Assembly: GCA_964505625.1 (NCBI GenBank)
Contig: CAZDIZ010000002.1
Span: forward strand, 9,803 to 73,802
Origin: an uncultured Solibacteraceae bacterium
GTDB lineage: Bacteria > Acidobacteriota > Terriglobia > Bryobacterales > Bryobacteraceae
Length of the DNA stretch: 64,000 nt
Reading direction: 5' to 3'
The notes under the pieces were generated by a model, which saw nothing but the letters and a program-made list of their open reading frames with translations, was not told the DNA's origin and did no database searches. This document shows, in pieces, positions 54,535 through 62,079 of this stretch (positions are counted from its first letter, which is position 1; every line of letters begins with the position of its first letter). The position numbers and the translations under genes were made by a program.

Positions 54535-56904
54535 ATGTTTGGTAAGTCGCTTGTGTTGTTGCTGAGTTTGGTTGCCGTTGTCTCGGCGGCGAGTGATGGA
54601 TTTGTCACCGTGCGCGCAGGCTCGTTCCGCATGGCTGCGGTTGATGTGAGCGTGGAAGCGTTTGAGATGGCCGATCATCCCGTCACCAACGCCGAGTACC
54701 TCGACTTCGTGCGCGCGACCAAGCACGTGGCTCCACTGCATTGGACCGGTGGCGCGATTCCGGCCGGCATGGAGAACGCGCCGGTGATCTTCGTCAACCG
54801 CTTCGACGTTTACGACTACATGAAGTGGCGCGCCAAGCGTGATGGCCGTGTGTACCGTCTGCCGACGCCGGTGGAATTCGAATGGGCCGCGCGCGCCGGA
54901 TCCGCCGATGCGACTTATCCATGGGGCACTGCCGCGCCCGCGGGCAAAGCGAACTACGATGCGGCGGGCGATCGCAAGCCCACCGAGTGGCGCAAGTATG
55001 TGAAGCCTGTCAAGAGCTATCCGCCGAACGCCTGGGGCCTTTACGATATGGCCGGCAATGTGTGGCAGATGATCTGGTTGGATCGCGCGGACGCGGACAT
55101 GACTTTCGTCTACCGGCTTTCGCATCCCGCGCACAAGCAGGGCAGCATCGCGGGCGGCGCCTGGACGCGCGGCGAATACTATCTGCACTGCGGCGTGCTC
55201 GGCTACATTTCGGCCGGCATGCGGCAGCCTGATGCCGGGTTCCGCCTGGTGCGGCAGCCGGTGGGCGCCACGCATTTCGAACGTCAGGCGCGTCGCCTGG
55301 TGTGCGTGCCGTCGGGGGCAGGGAAGGTCTTCTTGAGTTGGCAACTGCTTGCGGGCGACGCGCCCAACGTGGGCTTCCACGTCTATCGCACTGTGCGCCG
55401 CGATTCGACCGGCGAACGTCTCACCAGTTCGCCCATCACAGACTCAACCAACTTCGTCGATACGTCCGCTCCGGACGGGCAGCGCGTCTACTACCGCGTG
55501 CGAGCCGTGCTCGCGGATGGCAAGGAAGGCACGCCTTCGGAGTGGGCCCCCATTACACCTTCGTCGACTCGTACAGGGTTGGTCGCCGTGTTCGAACCGA
55601 CGCCCAAGCAAGGCGGCTTCTCGCCGAGCTTTGGCGATCTGGATGGAGACGGAGCGCTGGATCTGGTGGCGCGCTTGGCCAACGGCATACGCGAAACAGC
55701 GCGCGATCCCGGCGTGCCGGTCGAACTCGAAGCTTACACGAGTTACGGGCGCGCCCTGTGGCGTCGTCCATTGGCCTGGCACGACCACTGCTTCGGCAAT
55801 CCGAACAATCTGCCGGTGGTGGTCTACGATCTGGACGGTGATGGCAAATCTGAAGTGATCGTGCGTTTGCAGGATGGCGACAAGCTCTATCTGGCGGTGC
55901 TGGACGGCATGACCGGCCGTGTGCTGCGCAAGACGCCGTGGCGCGAAATCGTCACCGATATCTCCGGCAGTTCGACGCGCGTGCACATGTCCATCGCGCG
56001 GCTGGACGGCCGCAATCCCGCCATCATCACGCAGACCGGGCTTTACGAAAACGAGATCCTGACCGCGTTCAAGGCGTCGGATTTGACGCAGATTTGGGAG
56101 TACCGCAGCTTCGCCGAAACCAACGGCAGCGGCTCGCATCACATCGACATCGCCGACGTGGATGGCGACGGCCGCGACGAAGTCTTCAACGGCACCATGC
56201 TGCTGAATTCCGACGGCACGTTGCGTTGGGCCATCTACAAGCAACATCCCGACATTGTCGCAGTCAAACATATTCTTCCGGGCGTGAAGGACCGCCAAGT
56301 GTATTATGCGGTCGAAAGCGGCACGCAGGCGGGCGCCTATCTGGTGGATGCCAAGACCGGGAAGATCATCTGGAAGAACAATCGCGAAAACGATCCGCGC
56401 TGGGTGCATGCGCACCTTGGCTGGGCAGCCGACATTTACCCCGATTCGCCCGGTTTGGAAATGATGACAAACCGCGACGGACATCCCTGCAAAGACACGG
56501 TTCTGTTTTCCTCCGACGGGAAGATCCTCATGAATCCATTCCCGCTCGGTTGGAAGCCGGTGAACTGGACCGGCGGCAAAGTGCGCGAGTTGATCTCGGG
56601 AGACGGGCGGCAACTGGGACGCTTCACCGGAAAGGGTATCGAGACATTGCCGATCGCCGGACCTAACGAACAGAGCACCGGCAGTTGCGGCATGGTGGCC
56701 GATCTGGCGGGCGACTATCGTGACGAAGTCGTGTGCTTCGGTGCGACGAAAGACGGCGGTCAAGCGTTGTACGTCTACACGAACACGGAGCCGATCGCGC
56801 ACCGTGAGATAACGCGAACGGCCAGCCGCGAGTACCGCCTGTGGCTCGCGCGCAACTACGGCGGAGGCTATCCATCGTACTTCGAATGGGAGCCCGAACA
56901 GTAG
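54535..56904 (+). CDS. Secreted fusion protein: FGE-sulfatase (SUMF1-like) domain + Fn3-like module + Ca-binding beta-propeller (FG-GAP / PL11 rhamnogalacturonan-lyase-like)
   Basis: N-terminus: HPVTNAEYLDFV, YRLPTPVEFEWAARAG, NAWGLYDMAGNVWQM, GFRLVRQP (FGE-sulfatase fold). C-terminus: repeated GDLDGDGALDLV, YDLDGDGKSEVIV, ADVDGDGRDEVF, ADLAGDYRDEVV. Start at the ATG at 54535 with a GGAGAG SD. Confidence 0.7.
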   Translation: MFGKSLVLLLSLVAVVSAASDGFVTVRAGSFRMAAVDVSVEAFEMADHPVTNAEYLDFVRATKHVAPLHWTGGAIPAGMENAPVIFVNRFDVYDYMKWRAKRDGRVYRLPTPVEFEWAARAGSADATYPWGTAAPAGKANYDAAGDRKPTEWRKYVKPVKSYPPNAWGLYDMAGNVWQMIWLDRADADMTFVYRLSHPAHKQGSIAGGAWTRGEYYLHCGVLGYISAGMRQPDAGFRLVRQPVGATHFERQARRLVCVPSGAGKVFLSWQLLAGDAPNVGFHVYRTVRRDSTGERLTSSPITDSTNFVDTSAPDGQRVYYRVRAVLADGKEGTPSEWAPITPSSTRTGLVAVFEPTPKQGGFSPSFGDLDGDGALDLVARLANGIRETARDPGVPVELEAYTSYGRALWRRPLAWHDHCFGNPNNLPVVVYDLDGDGKSEVIVRLQDGDKLYLAVLDGMTGRVLRKTPWREIVTDISGSSTRVHMSIARLDGRNPAIITQTGLYENEILTAFKASDLTQIWEYRSFAETNGSGSHHIDIADVDGDGRDEVFNGTMLLNSDGTLRWAIYKQHPDIVAVKHILPGVKDRQVYYAVESGTQAGAYLVDAKTGKIIWKNNRENDPRWVHAHLGWAADIYPDSPGLEMMTNRDGHPCKDTVLFSSDGKILMNPFPLGWKPVNWTGGKVRELISGDGRQLGRFTGKGIETLPIAGPNEQSTGSCGMVADLAGDYRDEVVCFGATKDGGQALYVYTNTEPIAHREITRTASREYRLWLARNYGGGYPSYFEWEPEQ

Positions 56905-56944
56905 GCAAGCTGCTATCTTGGTTGTAGTCTGCGCAACTGTAGAA

Positions 56945-57033
56945 GCCCGGGTGGCGAAATCGGCAGACGCAAAGGACTTAAAATCCTTTTCGCGGCAACG
57001 CGAGTGTGGGTTCAAGTCCCACCCCGGGCACCA
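56945..57033 (+). tRNA. tRNA-Leu (anticodon UAA), type II with long variable arm, CCA encoded
   Basis: Folded by hand. Acceptor GCCCGGG/CCCGGGC; anticodon arm AAGGA-CTTAAAA-TCCTT; variable arm CGCG-gcaa-CGCG; T-arm GTGGG-TTCAAGT-CCCAC; discriminator A then CCA. Confidence 0.9.
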
Positions 57034-57050
57034 TTCGCTGTTGACTCGTT

Positions 57051-58412
57051 CTAGCTCGATGAGCGCTGCAAGGCTTGCCTGAGCGCGTCTCGCATCGTTG
57101 ATTCACACTCCGGGGAGGCGATCCAACTGTAGTGGTCCTCGTAGCCTTCCGCTACCGCGCTCGCCGTTGGAATATAGCCCGGAGCGCATTCGCCGAACCC
57201 GAGCGTCATTACGAGCGAATCCGGCCGTATTTCTTGCGCCCAGAGTTGATACTGAACGAAAGTCTCCGCCGGCATGAGCACCAATTGCGCCGGACCGAAA
57301 TCGATGGCGGGCACGTCGATCACGTGCCCTGCGTCGACCCGATCGAGCCAACTCAGTCCGAGAGCGGCGTCAAATCGCGCTAGCCGGCTTCGACGGCTGT
57401 CGGCGAGAATCCGCTGGTAGTCGTTACGGCTGAAGCCCGGCTCCCGGCGGGGAGCTAGTTTCATGGGCACGGAACGGAAGCCGATGCGATCCAGCGCCAC
57501 GCGCCGCGTCGAGTTCCACGCGGCCAGCATGCCCTGATGGATGCGGCTTGCGAGAATGGGCCGGTTGTCCGGATTGCCGTCGTTGTAGCGGCCAGCCACC
57601 GTGTCGCCGCTACATCCTGTGAAGTAGATCTGGGCGATCTCCGGCACTTCTTTCGCGCGACGAGCGCGAGCCAGCCCCGGAAAGTCCCAAGAAACGTCGC
57701 CTTGGCCATAGAACGTCATCGGATGCGTGGAGTAACAACTCAGCGCGGCGACTGGGCGTTCTCCATTCCAGAAACTGATCGTCTTGAGCCAGGGATCGAT
57801 GGTCCCTTCCGGCATGTTCCGCACCGTGGCGTCGCGCGTGGCGCTGGTCCGCCCGAACGATACCTTGCCGTTCGGCAGCGTATACCTGCGGTTCGAAGCC
57901 ACTTTCTCGACTCTTCCCTGGCCCGTGCCGACGTGGGTAATCGGGCTCGATTGAGCAAGCGATTTCGAGAGAGCCGCCGCGACCCGTTGCAGAGCCCGTT
58001 CGTCGTAGTCCGGGTTGCAGAGATCCTCTGCAACTCCGTTCTCTTTCAGCAGGCGCTGCGCGACAGAGTCCGAATACGGCGCGTCGTGTTGGTGTACGCA
58101 ACTCACCAGCACACGGTCCTTCGAAGTACCGGCGGCCTTCGCCAACACGGAGCGCCAGCGCTCATAGGATTCGTTGCGAATTTCGCACCAGTCAACGGCT
58201 ACGACCACCAGCGGACGGCCACCGCCGATGAACACGACGCCGTGCGCCTCCAGCGGATCGGCGATGGATCGCGCGTGAACTGCATTGAAAAGCGGCGCGC
58301 CGATCGGCGGTGTTACATCGGCTGCGAAGCTGGACAACCGGAACTTTGGCGGCGTGAGCAGAGCCACCACAGCCCCCAACGCTTCGCGCCGATTCAGTGC
58401 GGCAGGTCGCAT
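57051..58412 (-). CDS. Exported hydrolase-like protein resembling the neutral/alkaline ceramidase N-terminal domain family
   Basis: ADVTPPIGAPL, LVVVAVDWCEI and VSCVHQHDAPY resemble the ceramidase_alk-like pattern. The functional call is tentative. Confidence 0.4.
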   Translation of the reverse strand: MRPAALNRREALGAVVALLTPPKFRLSSFAADVTPPIGAPLFNAVHARSIADPLEAHGVVFIGGGRPLVVVAVDWCEIRNESYERWRSVLAKAAGTSKDRVLVSCVHQHDAPYSDSVAQRLLKENGVAEDLCNPDYDERALQRVAAALSKSLAQSSPITHVGTGQGRVEKVASNRRYTLPNGKVSFGRTSATRDATVRNMPEGTIDPWLKTISFWNGERPVAALSCYSTHPMTFYGQGDVSWDFPGLARARRAKEVPEIAQIYFTGCSGDTVAGRYNDGNPDNRPILASRIHQGMLAAWNSTRRVALDRIGFRSVPMKLAPRREPGFSRNDYQRILADSRRSRLARFDAALGLSWLDRVDAGHVIDVPAIDFGPAQLVLMPAETFVQYQLWAQEIRPDSLVMTLGFGECAPGYIPTASAVAEGYEDHYSWIASPECESTMRDALRQALQRSSS

Positions 58413-58425
58413 ATCCGTTCCCTCC

Positions 58426-60507
58426 TCAGTAGAGGTATCTACCCGACAACGATTCCCTGATCTGATGCACCGTGGTTTCGGTGGCTTTCATCGCATCGTG
58501 TACGCGATAGTGCCAAGGTTCCGGACCGATGTCGCTCCGCCACTTTCGTATAGCGTTCACGTTTTCGCGGCCCGCGCGATCCAGATCCTCCAATGCCGAG
58601 CGCAGAGCCTGCTGACCGCCGGGCGTGGCGAACTCCGCGAAGTGCGCCAACTCGGCAACGCGATACAGCGACTTCGCGAGTGCGACATATGACATGACGA
58701 CCTTGGTCTCATTCGCCAAATACGGATTCCGGAACTTCGACGCGATTGCCAGCGCGCGATTACACGATGCAAGCTTGGTGTCGAAGTCGGCCTGGTTCAC
58801 GTAATAGCGGAAGATGCCTTCGCCCAACACCGGCCGCTGCCGCGATTGAATCATCTGGATGTACTTGCCCCAAGAATAGGAGATTGGGAAGTCGGAATCG
58901 TAAACATCGAATTCGACGGGTCCCATCAGCTCGGACCATTCGCCCACGGCTTCGGGATTCTCGATCCCTTCCCGCGTGGCCCAGGCAATACTGAACTCCT
59001 TCTCCGTCCGTCCGCGCACATTCCAACTCCATTCGGCGAGCGCGCTGATATTGAACCCGCAAGTCTCCCGGCCCACCCTGCTCCAGGCCATCATGGCGGC
59101 CGCGCCGCGGTATCGCCGTCCGGCGAGTTGCCCGACGTAATCCTTGATCCGATGCGCCGATGATTCCGGCACCATGAACTCCGGGGTCTCGACCCTGGCG
59201 TTGGCGGTGATGGGCACATCGTAGCTGCCAATCCAACGTCCCTCCAGCGCGTACTGATCGAGTAGAGGATTTCTGAAGAGATCTCTCGGCAGATGCGGAA
59301 CCCGCTCCAGTTCGGTCGCGCACGCCCGCAGCACTTTCACTTCTTGCGGCAATTCGGCGAGGACCTTGTAGTAGCGGCCCGTGGTGGTCGTGGACAGGAA
59401 TACGCGCAGGCCGAGTTTCGGGAATTCCCGCTGCGCGTCCCGCCACGCGGCCACGCAGGCTCTGGCCTCCAGTACCGCCTGACCCGTCGCGGCGGTGTCG
59501 GTGTGTTGGTCTTCCGCGGGACGCTCACTTAGCCAGCAGTTCACTTCGCCCGCGCCCTGAGCAGCGATCGAAGTCATCCACTCGGAAAGAACCTGACGCA
59601 GCAGGGGATGGCTGGCGTACGGCACACGGTGCCAATTTCCCTGTTTGTGCGCGGTGTAGCGGCCCGCTAGAGCTTCGTCGCCGAGCCCGGCAAGCTCGGG
59701 ATAAGCCCGGTAGAGGCCGAGATCGTGCAGGAAGTTGAGATGCGTGATGACCGGTTGATACGTAAAGGCTCTCAGTTGCGCTTCCCGCAGTAGTTTCGCG
59801 TCGATCGTCACCGTGTTCTTTTTTCCGCGCTCCACCGGATTCAAAATGGAATGCGGCATCTCGCCGTAATTGAGCTTCATCGAAGCAAGCCACGGAATCC
59901 ACTCCGCCGGCATGCCGGGCAGCGGTTCGTAGGCTTGCGGGAAGTTCCAGATTCCACGCTCTTCCATGTCCGGCCAATCCACGATTTCGGCGAGCGGTAT
60001 GGAAACACTTGGTCCCGAGCAGCCATGTTCGAGAAGTTGGTGGACCGTCCTGGCGGCGTAATACACTCCCTTGGGATGGAGAGCCGTGAGCAGAAGCACA
60101 CTTTCGCCTATTGGCCGCACCAGATAAGCCTGCTCTTTGTTCGGGACGCGGTCGAGCCGCCGTGCGGCATCCGCGTCAGCTTCCGCCCATTCGCCTTGTG
60201 AATCCACTACGCCCACCACGATCCGGAAGCGCTGGCCGGAGGGCGCCACGCCGGCTTTCGTTTTGAACAACTGCCCCAACTCCGCCGCCGCGTGGCGCTC
60301 GACCGGGCCTGCGTTACGCCGCAACTCGATCGCGATGTCTGTCACCGGCACGACGCACGCACGCTTGATCGCCACCTCATGCGGCAATGGAATCACGTGC
60401 CGAATCCAAATTCGTTCTTCTTGCGGTGTCAACGTGGCGATTTCAGCGCCGAGCGTTGCGGTCAGCGCCACGATCAGAATCGGCAAGCAGCGGTGTTGTC
60501 GTTCCAT
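58426..60507 (-). CDS. Secreted GH20-like glycoside hydrolase (beta-N-acetylhexosaminidase-like)
   Basis: The start MERQHRCLPILIVALTATLGAE has a strong AGGAGG SD. GH20b-like N-domain (AYLVRPIGESVLLLTALHPKGVYYAARTVHQLLE...IVDWPDMEERGIW). Possible catalytic GLGDEA. Confidence 0.5.
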   Translation of the reverse strand: MERQHRCLPILIVALTATLGAEIATLTPQEERIWIRHVIPLPHEVAIKRACVVPVTDIAIELRRNAGPVERHAAAELGQLFKTKAGVAPSGQRFRIVVGVVDSQGEWAEADADAARRLDRVPNKEQAYLVRPIGESVLLLTALHPKGVYYAARTVHQLLEHGCSGPSVSIPLAEIVDWPDMEERGIWNFPQAYEPLPGMPAEWIPWLASMKLNYGEMPHSILNPVERGKKNTVTIDAKLLREAQLRAFTYQPVITHLNFLHDLGLYRAYPELAGLGDEALAGRYTAHKQGNWHRVPYASHPLLRQVLSEWMTSIAAQGAGEVNCWLSERPAEDQHTDTAATGQAVLEARACVAAWRDAQREFPKLGLRVFLSTTTTGRYYKVLAELPQEVKVLRACATELERVPHLPRDLFRNPLLDQYALEGRWIGSYDVPITANARVETPEFMVPESSAHRIKDYVGQLAGRRYRGAAAMMAWSRVGRETCGFNISALAEWSWNVRGRTEKEFSIAWATREGIENPEAVGEWSELMGPVEFDVYDSDFPISYSWGKYIQMIQSRQRPVLGEGIFRYYVNQADFDTKLASCNRALAIASKFRNPYLANETKVVMSYVALAKSLYRVAELAHFAEFATPGGQQALRSALEDLDRAGRENVNAIRKWRSDIGPEPWHYRVHDAMKATETTVHQIRESLSGRYLY

Positions 60508-60727
60508 ACCGTCCTCCTGAAGTTCAAAGGTGTGTTTCCCAAAGGTAGCTGCCGCGGTACGGACTGTCGTTTTCACACGCGCACATGACAGCATCCGGTG
60601 TCAGCGTAGCATCATGAACCTGCTGGCAGTGGCAAGCCACCGTCGTCGGGCGATCAGATCCGGGCAAATCCAGCGGTGCTCGACTTGGGTGTGCCAGTTT
60701 TGGTGAACACCGTACGTGAACGCGCTC

Positions 60728-60768
60728 ATGAATCGACTCATTATAGGGAGACACGAAAGACAAAGCAA
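60728..60768 (-). promoter_or_regulatory. Sigma70-type promoter for the GH20-like gene, with a palindrome at the TSS
   Basis: Minus strand: TTGCTT (60768-60763), 17 nt, TATAAT (60745-60740). The 12/14 palindrome ATGAaTCGAcTCAT (60728-60741) overlaps the -10/TSS. This leaves a leader of about 225 nt before the ATG at 60507. Confidence 0.45.
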
Positions 60769-60825
60769 GCAAAAACGGTCGTTTTACATTAATTTCTGAA
60801 TGGGACGAACTGTGCAACTACGATA

Positions 60826-60854
60826 TTGACAGGGCGCGCGAGCGCCCTTATAAT
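60826..60854 (+). promoter_or_regulatory. Consensus sigma70 promoter of the LacI-family gene
   Basis: TTGACA (60826-60831), 17 nt (the spacer contains the inverted repeat GGGCGC-gcga-GCGCCC), TATAAT (60849-60854). Both hexamers are perfect. Confidence 0.6.
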
Positions 60855-60862
60855 TTTCATTC

Positions 60863-60903
60863 ATGAAACGGTTCCACGGCGGGTGCCGTGAAACAGTTTC
60901 CGC
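60863..60903 (+). promoter_or_regulatory. Two LacI/GalR-type operator-like sites forming a long inverted repeat
   Basis: ATGAAACGGTTCCAC (60863-60877) and GTGAAACAGTTTCCGC (60888-60903). Together GAAACGGTTCCACGGC / GCCGTGAAACAGTTTC form 14/16-bp arms around GGGT, just downstream of the -10. Confidence 0.45.
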
Positions 60904-60933
60904 AGTCAAGTAGCGCAGGGAGTGAAGGACCAG

Positions 60934-62010
60934 ATGCCAGCGAACATGAAGGATGTGGCCAAGAAGGCAGGAGTGTCGGTAGGTACCGTCTCGCGCGTTA
61001 TCAATCAGAATCCGAACATAGATCCGGTCTTGCGGCAGCGTGTGGAGAAGGCCATCGCCGAATTGAACTACCGTCCCAACTGTTGGGCGCGAAGCCTGGT
61101 AAACAACTCGGCGCCTTGTATCTCGTTTGTTCTGAGCAACCGCAGCTTCGTGCATCCCGTGCACTCCCGGATTTTGCAGGGCGTGGAAGAGTATTGCGAG
61201 GAAGCCGAGTACTTCGTGCTCTTCTCGCGGTTTCGTTATCGCAGCGAGACTAAGCCCGACGACCTCACGCTGCCGCGGGTGCTGCGTAGCCACGGCATTG
61301 CCGAGTGCGTGATTCTGGCCGGTACGAATTACGACAACCTGGTCGAAGCGCTGGAAAAACAAGCCGTGCCGTACGTGCTCCTGGCCAACAACTTCTCCAC
61401 GGACGGCAAGCGGGCGCCCGTGGATCAACTGCGCTGGGACGACGTTGGTGGCGCGCGCGCGGCCGTCGAGTATCTGATTGAACTGGGTCACCGGGACATC
61501 TGGTACATCGGCGACGTGTCAAGGCCCTGGCAGCGGGCTCCGCTGGAAGGCTACCGCCAGGTGATGGCGGAACACGGATTGGACGCGCGTGAACAAGCCA
61601 CGGCGCTTTCGGACGACGACTTTGTCAACGGAAAAGCCAGCGTTGACATGATCATCGAACGGAAGCTGCCCATGACGGCGATCTTCGCGGACGCCGACGT
61701 GGCTTACGGCTCCTGGGAATCCTTGCGGCAGCATGGCGTCCGGGTTCCCGCCGACGTCAGTATGGTCGTGCTTGGAGAGCAGCAGGAATGGTCGCGCGTC
61801 GCTCCGCTCACCTACGTTGCCGTCGACTTGATCGACGCCGGACGCCGGTTAGCAAGAATGGCGATCGAGAAGTTGAAAACCCCGAAAGTGCGGTTACCGG
61901 AAGTTGTTGTTCCCATGGATTTGATCAAACGCGGCACGTGCCGGCCGCATTTACTCTCCGATACGGAAGCCGGCCAACCCGTGGGCACTTCTATCTACAC
62001 TCCCGCGTAA
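60934..62010 (+). CDS. LacI-family transcriptional regulator
   Basis: MKDVAKKAGVSVGTVSRVINQNPNIDPVLRQRVEKAIAELNYRPNCWARSL HTH plus a periplasmic-binding-protein-like core. Confidence 0.9.
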   Translation: MPANMKDVAKKAGVSVGTVSRVINQNPNIDPVLRQRVEKAIAELNYRPNCWARSLVNNSAPCISFVLSNRSFVHPVHSRILQGVEEYCEEAEYFVLFSRFRYRSETKPDDLTLPRVLRSHGIAECVILAGTNYDNLVEALEKQAVPYVLLANNFSTDGKRAPVDQLRWDDVGGARAAVEYLIELGHRDIWYIGDVSRPWQRAPLEGYRQVMAEHGLDAREQATALSDDDFVNGKASVDMIIERKLPMTAIFADADVAYGSWESLRQHGVRVPADVSMVVLGEQQEWSRVAPLTYVAVDLIDAGRRLARMAIEKLKTPKVRLPEVVVPMDLIKRGTCRPHLLSDTEAGQPVGTSIYTPA

Positions 62011-62013
62011 CTA

Positions 62014-62037
62014 TCCGGCGCCGATTGAGGCGCCGGA
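62014..62037 (+). terminator. Hairpin downstream of the LacI gene (possible terminator, no U-tract)
   Basis: TCCGGCGCC-gattga-GGCGCCGGA, a perfect 9-bp stem. Confidence 0.3.
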
Positions 62038-62079
62038 CGGAGCGCGGGTTAACCAAGAACGAGACATAGAGGATCGAAC

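Noticed and set aside
55444-57015. 523-aa minus-strand ORF
   Set aside because: It is antisense to the FGE/propeller gene and even runs through the tRNA-Leu gene. Its composition is junk-like.
56945-60594. tRNA-Leu as an integration site for a genomic island
   Set aside because: There is no integrase, no direct repeat of the tRNA 3' end downstream that I could find, and the flanking genes have native-like GC.
60524-60817. 97-aa minus-strand ORF in the GH20-like gene leader
   Set aside because: It starts upstream of the predicted promoter and overlaps the GH20-like start out of frame. Its composition is not convincing. A shorter uORF possibility is noted in the findings instead.
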